Assembly (NCBI GenBank): GCA_964019335.1
Contig: OZ025649.1
Coordinates: 434,001-498,000, forward strand
Reading direction: 5' to 3'
From: Diplonema japonicum
Taxonomy: Eukaryota; Protista; Euglenozoa: Diplonemea
DNA length: 64,000 nucleotides
A program made the translations under genes and the position numbers. The notes below the pieces were generated by a model, which was not told where the DNA came from, did not search any database, and saw only the letters and a program-made list of their open reading frames with translations. Positions 44,484 to 53,084 of the stretch are shown piece after piece (position 1 is the stretch's first letter; each line of letters starts with the position of its first letter).

Positions 44484-47030
44484 ATGACATCTATTATGAT
44501 ACTGACTGCCTTAGTGGCAATGAGTGTGAAAAAAGTGTATCTTGTTTCTGATGTCCCAGAGTACCCGGGGTTCATGAACACGTGGGCGGCGGGGGGTGCT
44601 GTGCCGGCATTGGGAAGTGAGTATGAGGTGAGCTGGGTGAAGCCAGACTGTGTGAACTGCCAGACTGTGGTAAACATGACAGATGCGGGCGCACTTGAAT
44701 ACCTGTTGAGTTCCACTTGGAACGCAACGGAACTCGAGGCAGCTGTGACCAGTGCCATCGGGGGCGACAAGCCATGTGCCCTCACCTCCTATGAAGCATG
44801 TTTGGTGCTCACAGTGGGAACAACCCTTGCTACATCCCTCTCTTCAGGTTTCCCTAGATGGACCTTTGTCGAGCTTCAGCTTAAAAACGGTCTCTCGAGC
44901 AGCTCAGTGAGAAACGTCAATCACATTTCCCTCAACGTGGAAACAACCACAGGCTCCTACATGGCAGGAGTCATCAGTTCACTTGCGGCGACGAATGGTG
45001 TTCGAAAAATAGGTATCATGTACCAAGACGGGTCCGACAGGACGACTGACACTGCCTTCTGGCAAGGTGTCTCTGATGCCGATCCCAAGGTCTGTGTCTC
45101 AAGCAAGGCCATCAAATTGGATGTAAGCGGGAAGGTGTGGGACGAAGCGCAGTTCACAGCTGTAAAAACCCAGGCGAGTGACTATCTGCAAGAAGGCATT
45201 GACGTGCTGTTCACGCGGTTGGGAGCATACGACAGCGCTGTGCTGTCTGCGGTGAACAATCGATCTGAGTCTAACTATGTTGTGTTCGGTGTCACGGAGG
45301 CGGAGTCTGGCGGTACCATGAACCGCAGCCATCTTCGGTCCGTTGCATTGACAAAAGTGGATCTGGACTGGGCGGGTCTGTTGGGATGGGTCGTTGCGCA
45401 GAAAGAACCAATGAAGATATCTTCAATCCCCATCAGTTCCTTGTCCAGCTGGACGAACACGAATGCCAATAGCTTGGTACCCCTCACGAAGGCGTCAGAG
45501 GAGATGCACACCAACTGCACAACGACGAACACCATCACGTACTACAATACCATCATCAGCGTGCAGGCAAATGTTACAGCGCGGGGCATGTTGAGATTCA
45601 CAAACGAGAGGCCCAGTGCAAATTGTGCCAAGCTGCCCATCTACGTGCAGTCGACACGTGACGTCATTCAAGGATGCATCCTGCAAGAGAAGAACGTAAG
45701 ACTTGTCGGCGTGGGGATGTACATCAACAACCTTGGGAATGTCGACATGAAGGCGGGAAGCTTTTATGTCGATTTCAACCTCTATCTGCACCAATCACGC
45801 GCATGGTACAGCACCCTCGAGCAAGCAGAAGCTGTGCTTCAAGCAAACCCTGTCTGCACGGGCGGTCTGTGTTCATGCCCTGACTTTGGACAGAACGAGT
45901 GGGAGAACTACATCCCAACCAACAAAACAGGGATGTTTGACTCCATCGTGAATCTTGTAAACATTGACAGGATGCGCACAGTGACGCCTGTACTCAAAAC
46001 TGACACGGTGGGCACCGCCGATGTGCTTGTCGATTATTTCAGGGTTCAGGGTACACAGTACTTCCGCCCCCATCTTCAGAAGTGGCCGATGGACACGCAG
46101 AGTCTGAAGATCATCTTGGAAGACTTGAGCGAGTCGACGACGGATACGGTAACGCTGAAGTTCTGCCACATGGAAAATTTTGCAGGGCTGTCCACGAACG
46201 CAAGGTACTTCCCAGGGATGGAACTGCAGGTAGGGGCAGAATCGCCATGGAAGGTTGACGTACTATCGACGTGTTGGCCGTATTTGAAATATCCTGAGGA
46301 TTATGTAACAGGGGTGTGTACAGATGGGGTGAACCAAAAACCGGTGCGGTATGACAGAACAGCGCTACCAGACGGAGACGAAAGCTGCACGTGTCTTGGA
46401 GGGACAAAAGCATCTTCAAGGTACGCAATGGAGATCTTATTTGACCGACCTACCCTCCCGTCTTTCATGAAGACATTCCTCCCGGCGATTTTCATCACGA
46501 TTGTGAACCAAGGTGTGTGGTTCCTGTACCCGAAGGTGTTCGAAACACGGTTAGGAGTTTGCGGAAGTAGCTTGATCTCCGGTGTTATGTACCATGTCTC
46601 AGTCACATCGAACACTCCAGAGACCAGCGTTTTGACCTGGGCAGACAGGTTCATGGTTGTTGTGTACTACAACAACTTGGTGGCCTTCACAACTGTTTTC
46701 TATCAAACAATCTTGCACCAAGCCAATATGGAACGCCTTGCTTGGAGGTCTTTCAGGTTGACAAGACTCTGGGGCCCCCTTGTCGCTGCGGCGTCTTTCA
46801 CTGGTGTAGGCGTAATGGATGACGCCAAAGGCATTCTTATCTGGATCTTTGTCTCTACCTTCTCATTGGGTGTCTTTGTTTATTTTGTGGGTGATTTCTG
46901 TTTGCATTTGTTCTCAAGAAAGTGGCTTGCCTTCCTTCACAGACGCAACGACGACATTACCCGTGCGGGGCATATCAGCTCCACAGACGAGTGCAACATC
47001 CCTTTGACTAACTATGACACGGTAAATTGA
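44484..47030 (+). CDS. Cys-less pentameric ligand-gated ion channel with N-terminal BMP-family solute-binding domain
   Basis: Signal peptide; BMP motifs GSYMAGVIS..KIG, FWQGV..ADP, GIDVLF; pLGIC ECD VGVGMYINNLGNVDMKAGSFYVDFNLY and Pro-loop WPMDTQSL; M1-M3 pattern MKTFLP..., TRLGVCGSSLIS..YH..V...P....LTWADRF. Confidence 0.8.
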   Translation: MTSIMILTALVAMSVKKVYLVSDVPEYPGFMNTWAAGGAVPALGSEYEVSWVKPDCVNCQTVVNMTDAGALEYLLSSTWNATELEAAVTSAIGGDKPCALTSYEACLVLTVGTTLATSLSSGFPRWTFVELQLKNGLSSSSVRNVNHISLNVETTTGSYMAGVISSLAATNGVRKIGIMYQDGSDRTTDTAFWQGVSDADPKVCVSSKAIKLDVSGKVWDEAQFTAVKTQASDYLQEGIDVLFTRLGAYDSAVLSAVNNRSESNYVVFGVTEAESGGTMNRSHLRSVALTKVDLDWAGLLGWVVAQKEPMKISSIPISSLSSWTNTNANSLVPLTKASEEMHTNCTTTNTITYYNTIISVQANVTARGMLRFTNERPSANCAKLPIYVQSTRDVIQGCILQEKNVRLVGVGMYINNLGNVDMKAGSFYVDFNLYLHQSRAWYSTLEQAEAVLQANPVCTGGLCSCPDFGQNEWENYIPTNKTGMFDSIVNLVNIDRMRTVTPVLKTDTVGTADVLVDYFRVQGTQYFRPHLQKWPMDTQSLKIILEDLSESTTDTVTLKFCHMENFAGLSTNARYFPGMELQVGAESPWKVDVLSTCWPYLKYPEDYVTGVCTDGVNQKPVRYDRTALPDGDESCTCLGGTKASSRYAMEILFDRPTLPSFMKTFLPAIFITIVNQGVWFLYPKVFETRLGVCGSSLISGVMYHVSVTSNTPETSVLTWADRFMVVVYYNNLVAFTTVFYQTILHQANMERLAWRSFRLTRLWGPLVAAASFTGVGVMDDAKGILIWIFVSTFSLGVFVYFVGDFCLHLFSRKWLAFLHRRNDDITRAGHISSTDECNIPLTNYDTVN

Positions 47031-47442
47031 AAGAGGTGTGAACAAAGAAAAGAAAGGGCACCGAACGAAGAACACAATGCTTCTCTCCAATCTCTTATCC
47101 CCCCCTAGTTGACGATGTTAAAGGTTTTTTTTTTTTGATTAGGTTTCTTGTGTTTTGTAACAATAATAATCCAGGAAAGGGGACAGGGGGACATGACCCC
47201 ATTTCTTTTTGGTCCCACCCACCCTTACCCCGCAGTATTTCTCTTATTCTCATTCTTTCTTTCTTTTTTTTTTTGTAGACAGTTCTTGTGCAGGGCGCCG
47301 CCAACACCGGCCTCCTTTAACTCATATATTTTTTGTGCTTCCCTTCCCATATTTTCCACCCCTTTGCGCCTTTTCTTAACCACCTTTCCGATAGTCCTGT
47401 TCGATATCTCGCAAAGCAGGGCAAAGAGAACCAAAGGAAATT

Positions 47443-48270
47443 ATGTTCCGCCGCAATGTTATGAGATTATTCACCAAGAAGACAGAGGGTCTGGTGTTGG
47501 TGGGATCCGCTGAGGGGGATGAAAGAATTGCCGTGGTGACGTTGAACAACCCAGAGAAGCTAAATGCTCTAACTGTTAACATGGGAGAGGAATTTAAAGC
47601 TGCGATGGAGGACCTCAAGCAAGATAAAGAGGTGAGGGGTGTCGTTGTGACTGGTGCTGGGAGGGCCTTTTCAGCTGGAGGCGATCTGGAGTTCTTGAAG
47701 AGCAGGGTCGAGACTGGAGCGACCCCTCTTTCCTCCGACAACAAGACTGAAATGCTGAAGTTCTACGCTAGGTTCCTGAGCCTGAAGTCCCTTGACGTCC
47801 CTGTTATCGCAGCGGTGAATGGGCACGCTGTCGGGGCCGGGCTTTGCATGGCCATGGCGGCCGACATCCGCATCGCTGCTCTCAATGCAAAACTCTCTGT
47901 AAACTTCACCAGGATCGGGATCCACCCTGGAATGGCGGCCTCTTACCACCTCCCGCGTCTTGTTGGCCCCCAGCAGGCTGCAAAAATGATCCTCACCGGT
48001 GCCCCTGTCACCGGGGAACAATCAGTTCCCATGGGCCTCTGCCTTGAAGCACTCCCCGCAGAGCAGGTCCTCCCCGCTGCCATCGACCTCATGAAGAACA
48101 TCATCTCCGCTGATGCCCTCTGCACCGGGCAGGCCGTTCAAACCCTCAGGTCTGATATCAGCTCCATGGAAGAGGCCACTGACAGAGAATCCTCCTGCCA
48201 GGCCATCAACTTCTGTGAAGGGGGTTCTGTGGTGGAGAAGAATCTCAACGCCATGATGAAGCGTGCATGA
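47443..48270 (+). CDS. Mitochondrial-type enoyl-CoA hydratase/isomerase (crotonase) family protein
   Basis: VTLNNPEKLNAL, GAGRAFSAGGDL, PVIAAVNGHAVGAG; Arg-rich N-terminal presequence MFRRNVMRLF. Confidence 0.9.
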   Translation: MFRRNVMRLFTKKTEGLVLVGSAEGDERIAVVTLNNPEKLNALTVNMGEEFKAAMEDLKQDKEVRGVVVTGAGRAFSAGGDLEFLKSRVETGATPLSSDNKTEMLKFYARFLSLKSLDVPVIAAVNGHAVGAGLCMAMAADIRIAALNAKLSVNFTRIGIHPGMAASYHLPRLVGPQQAAKMILTGAPVTGEQSVPMGLCLEALPAEQVLPAAIDLMKNIISADALCTGQAVQTLRSDISSMEEATDRESSCQAINFCEGGSVVEKNLNAMMKRA

Positions 48271-48331
48271 AGCTGACCTTTATAAAGTGTCACATTTCCA
48301 GATACCTTGTTTCCACCCGTTTCAGTTGTCC

Positions 48332-48404
48332 GGGGGTGTAGCTCAAATGGTAGAGCGCTCGCTTAGCATGCGAGAGGTAGAGGGATCGATGCCCTCCATC
48401 TCCA
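48332..48404 (+). tRNA. tRNA-Ala(AGC)
   Basis: GGGGGTG..CATCTCCA acceptor stem with G3:U70, D arm GCTCAAATGGTAGAGC, anticodon arm CTCGC-TTAGCAT-GCGAG, T arm GAGGG-ATCGATG-CCCTC; oligo-T Pol III terminator follows. Confidence 0.97.
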
Positions 48405-48655
48405 TCTTTTTTTTTCCCAGGTCAAACTTTAGAAGTGTCTAATTTTTGTGTTTGTTCTTTTCTTCTCTCCCATTTGACATCATTTCAGTGTGGAGCCACT
48501 TCATGGATGTAAGCGCTTGACCATACAATGTTCACTTGTCGAATACAATGCTGTGGCGTGGGTGTGGACAGACTTGACAAAGGCAAAACTGCATGCGCCA
48601 CCACCTTGACAGCGATAAAACCGCAAAACCTTATGTCCGTCCGTTTCAGTTGTCC

Positions 48656-48728
48656 GGGGGTGTAGCTCAAATGGTAGAGCGCTCGCTTAGCATGCGAGAG
48701 GTAGAGGGATCGATGCCCTCCATCTCCA
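48656..48728 (+). tRNA. tRNA-Ala(AGC), identical second copy
   Basis: Same 73-nt sequence as 48332-48404, same 15-nt 5' flank and T-run terminator. Confidence 0.97.
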
Positions 48729-48781
48729 TCTTTTTTCCGTTTACTTTCAAACAATGACTTACCACAGGGTGTTTTAACAAA

Positions 48782-49813
48782 ATGGGCGGAAAATGTTGCA
48801 CCCAAACATCCAAAAAAAACTACGCTGTGTTCATGTGTGATGAAAGCAAGATGCTGCGGTGTGCCCCGCAGAGCGGGACGCTCTATGTTCCTGGATGTCA
48901 GGTTTTGAAAGGAAGCGTGGTGGAAGTGCTAGGGAGGGGCGGGAACGAGAAATACTCAATGGTAAGGATACATGGGATGTTGGGGTACATACGACAGAGG
49001 CATTTAGTGCCAATTCCACCTGACGATGTAAGCACACAAACGCAAAGACGGCTAGCGGTGTTAGGAGCGTGGGTGTTGCGGAAGTACAAAGGGATGGATG
49101 GGATGTCATTGTCGCTTGTAGTGGGCAACTTGTGCAGGGAAATCGTTCCGTGGTGGTTGCTGCCAGGGCAAAGCGAGAGTCCAAGGGAATCATTCTGCAG
49201 CAAGTTGCTGGTGGAAAACAAGCGATCCAATGTGACGTCTCTCTCTGCAAGCCGGAGAAAAGAACTGGCAAAGTCCCTCAATGCCTGGAAGGCCTCATTC
49301 TCAAGACGGCACGGAAGAGGCCCCCACGCACTCGACATCTGGACCGATACAACAGTGGCAGCAATGTATTCAGAATACGAAAGCATTGGACAGGCGAGAC
49401 AGAAAGAACGCCGAAATGGCCTAACAGAGGGAGACCATCAGCGTCGGAAAGTGTTGTGCAAAAAGCTTAAGAAATGGATGGTTTCTTATGAAGAAGAACA
49501 CAAGCGCATTCCTTCAAAGAAGAGGATTTTAGGAGAACCTGGTATCTCTGATATTTACAAGGAATATCTGGAGATTTCTGCCAAGCAGAACAAAAACACT
49601 GGCGCCGTGCAGAATGGCGGAGAAAATTTTTACTCTGTTGCATCTCGCTCTTTGAACACTGAAGAAGAAGAGCCTGAAGATGTCACTGCAGAAAACGCCT
49701 CTTGCGGCTCTGTGTCTCCACCACCACCGAATCCCTCGCAGCTCCAAGACACAGACGACACATGTGATGACAGCACTCTCGCCACAACGTCGCCTACTGC
49801 ACGCACGCAGTAG
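48782..49813 (+). CDS. Putatively N-acylated protein with SH3-like region and two 'LxxWxxxF/YxxxHxRxP' helical repeats
   Basis: MGGKCC (Gly2 plus Cys pair); KGSVVEVLG...GYIRQRHL SH3-like; LNAWKASFSRRHGRGP and LKKWMVSYEEEHKRIP repeats. Confidence 0.65.
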   Translation: MGGKCCTQTSKKNYAVFMCDESKMLRCAPQSGTLYVPGCQVLKGSVVEVLGRGGNEKYSMVRIHGMLGYIRQRHLVPIPPDDVSTQTQRRLAVLGAWVLRKYKGMDGMSLSLVVGNLCREIVPWWLLPGQSESPRESFCSKLLVENKRSNVTSLSASRRKELAKSLNAWKASFSRRHGRGPHALDIWTDTTVAAMYSEYESIGQARQKERRNGLTEGDHQRRKVLCKKLKKWMVSYEEEHKRIPSKKRILGEPGISDIYKEYLEISAKQNKNTGAVQNGGENFYSVASRSLNTEEEEPEDVTAENASCGSVSPPPPNPSQLQDTDDTCDDSTLATTSPTARTQ

Positions 49814-50545
49814 CACCTCCCATCTGCCCTCCTTCTACAGGAAGGGTCACTCAGTTAATTCAGTAAAGAAAAGAAAGGAACGGGAGAAAAGGCTTTGTGC
49901 TTGAGGCTCATGATGAGTGGGAGGGGGGAAAAAAAAAGAACGGAAGGGTGGTGAAAAATAAAGCAGAAGAAGAATAAGAATAAGAAGATGAAGAAAAAAA
50001 AACCCCGCAGCAAGTGTGTTGTCGGGTTTCCTTCTTTTTCTTTTTTTTTATTCATCTATCTTCTCCTCCCTTCCTTTCTCCAAGCGGAACATTTAAGAAA
50101 AAGAACAAAGACAATATTAAAAATAAAACAAAATACAAAAACTGGGGGGGGATAAGAAGGAAAGAAAGAAAGAAGAAAGGGAATAAATGTGCTTCGTGAT
50201 GATATAGATGAGCCCGGCATTCACTTCAGAGCACCCCCCCCCCCCCCCCCCCCCTGCTTCTCTTATGGTCTTTGTTAGATTACTTGACTTTCGTTTTCTT
50301 TTTTCTTTTTTTTTCCCTTTTTTTTTTCTTCTCGAGTAAACAAGACGGTGCTGAGAGTGTCAACTAGGGTTGCAGAATATCAATTAGGGGAGGGCACAGA
50401 TTCGTGTTGACTTTCTTCTTTTTTTTTTCCCAGCTCCTACACCCCATTCTTTCTTTCTTTTTTCTTCTTCTTTTCCCCTTTAATCAATTTCCCTCTGGTC
50501 TTAAAACAAACTATCTACTATTTGAGTAATTCTTTTCCCCAGACT

Positions 50546-50589
<44 letters not shown>

Positions 50590-51835
50590 CAACTATGTGT
50601 TCTATACCACGCCGGTTACCCTCGTTCTTCTTCTCCCCCCCCCCCTTCTTTTCTTCTTTTTTTGTCAAAGGCAACTTAGCGGGGGCCTGGTGGGGGGTTA
50701 GGGAAGAGGTTTTCACTTTATTTTTCTCTTTAATATTTCAGGCGCGAAAAAAAAAAGAAAGAAAGAGCAAACACCCTTTCTCCAGAGTGGGAAAGGACTT
50801 GTCTGTTCTTCTAGGGAGGGTCCCTGTTTTTTTTTTCCTTCTTTTTCTCTCTATGATATGGTTTGGTTCAACTCCCCCCCCCCCCCCCCCATTCCCCTCC
50901 ATGTTTTATTTTATTTATTCAATGCGTTAACTTTTTTTAATAATAATAATAATAAAAAAACTCAACTCCTATTTTCTCCTGACAGACCCTTTTCCCTTTT
51001 CCCTTCTTTTAATGGGGAAGGTGGGGATGCACCCAGTCCCTTCTATGCAAGAGGAAGGGATCAGCCCAGTTGCTATTGCACCCCCCCCGATTTCTTCCCG
51101 CTTTTATCGGCAACTGTGTTTTTTCTTCTTGCCGCTCTCTGACCCTCCCTGTTGCTCCCTTTTCTTTTTTTATCTTTTCTATCTTTTTTCTCTTTCCTTT
51201 GGAAGCGTACTTCCCACGTGGGACTGGGTGCATCCTGCAGGCTACAGACCCTAGTCTGTAAGTGCTTTCTGGAATCACGGTCCAGGCAATGCTGAGCTGA
51301 GCAGTTGTACTTCCAGGTTAGAAGACTGCTGATTTATCCCCTCTTCCCCTCCTCCCTTTCCCTTCCCTTTCTGAATTGAGTTTGAGAAAGAATAGAGAAG
51401 AGAAAAAGAAGAAGAAAAAGAAAAGAATGGTTAAAATTTTTCTTTCAAACTGAATGATAATAGAGTCCAATATACCCGTTCGGCTTTCCTTCCCTTTCTT
51501 TCTTTTTTTTGAAAAGGGGTGGTGGAGAGGGCCTTCACACGAAGATGTGTAGAAGGATAAGAAAGTAAAATAGACTTGAATGGCCTTGTCGTAAAAGCTC
51601 TTTCAAGAGTTCGGGAAGTCATAGGGTACTTTTGATTTTCCCACTTTCCTCCTTCTTATGTCTCTCTTCTTCTTTTATTTTATTTGTTGTTTCTTCATCT
51701 TTCCTGCTTTCCCATTAGTTCCCCTCAACCCCTTCCATTTCCCACCTATATCCCTTTCCTCCCCCTTCTGTTTTATTCCAATTATCGTTACCTTCCTGCC
51801 CTTTTATCATAACAGGAAGTCAGGAGAAAAATAAA

Positions 51836-53009
51836 ATGAATCTTCCTGCAGTTGTTTTTGAAGAAGGTCCGCTCGATGATGCTGGTGCGCAGTGCAGGGA
51901 CTACCAGAGAGGCAGGTGTGTGAGAGGACCGCAGTGTAGATTTAGGCATTCGGGAGAAGTACCACAGATGAAAGGGCCTGTTCTATCTGGAGTAAAGGAT
52001 GACCTTGTGGACTTGCCTCCAGTGAGTGTGTTCGCAGCGCCCCCTGTGGCTGCCATTGATCTACTTGAGGAACAGGAAGACGTTGTTGGGGAGGGTCTGT
52101 CTGAAGTGGTTTCAGAAATCATTGGTCTTAGCGAGGTACAGATTGCGAATTTAACCCCTGAAGAGCTCATTGTTCATGTGGAGAAGAGGATCAGATCCAC
52201 GGAGCAGTTTACACAGGCAGCCGCGCCTGTCATCGAGGCAGACGCCCCGATGGCGATGCCCGAAGAGCAAGACCTCCCACCTCTCCCACCGCTCCCAACG
52301 CCCACAGTTTCCACCCTTGTCCAAGGCATTCCATTAGACAATGTCTACAGCTACCTCACAGAGCTTCAAAAGGCAGCCAGAGAGGACGGTATCGAAGTTG
52401 CACAGGAAATCATCAACGACGAAGAAGCGCTCGACGATAACAACGCACTCGCTTTTGTTAAAGTGCTGCGGGAAGCAGGTCTTGCTTACTTTGAAGGGAA
52501 GCCTATGGGCTACCCAAAGATCGACCCTCCTCGGCTCCCTCCCGGGTATGCGAACTCTTTTCTTTTCCATTACCGCCTAACAACAGGTTCACAAGCTGGG
52601 TTGTTCAAGAGACCACGGAAGAAAAGGCAAGCCGTCTGCGCAAGGAGCGTCAACAGAGGGACCAGCAACTGGCGAGGAAGGCGAAGCGACAGACGGAATA
52701 CGCTAAACAGCTGAAGGTCAGCGCAGCAAATAAGAAGTTCGAGCAGCACCAGGCAGATAAATTCAGGAGCTTGAAGCTGAGCATAGGCGAGAAGATTACT
52801 CGCCTGACCGACGCAGACGAAGTTAAAGAAGGTGCTATTGAATACCTGCAAAACCTGGACAATATGGGCGACGTATGTTATTCTTTGTACAAGCACATAA
52901 AAAAACTAAAAATAAACAGATGGAGACCATTGCGCAGATCGACCCGACGGGGATGGACCCTGGGCTTGCGGTGCTACATCATTTGTTGGCGAGTGAGTTT
53001 AAGAGTTAG
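51836..53009 (+). CDS. CCCH zinc-finger protein (3 exons)
   Basis: CRDYQRGRCVRGPQCRFRH (Cx7Cx5Cx3H). GTATG..CAG introns 52546-52586 and 52873-52919 give one frame ending ...LASEFKS* (TAG 53007-53009). Confidence 0.75.
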
Positions 53010-53084
53010 AAAAAATCCGCAATCGAATTGGGAAAGAAAGAAAACAAAAAGTAAGTGTAACCTGCACCGACTTGGGCGGAGTGA

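Noticed and set aside
50695-50703. GGGTTAGGG (CCCUAACCC on the - strand) as a telomerase RNA template
   Set aside because: Only 9 nt, mostly a G run in a homopolymer-rich region, and on the opposite strand to the C/D-like boxes and the cluster. Too weak to call.
51240-51480. Group I intron R/S-like words (ACAGAC..., ATAGAGTCC) or an HDV-type ribozyme
   Set aside because: Could not assemble the P3/P7 core or a nested double pseudoknot by eye, and there is no interrupted host gene.
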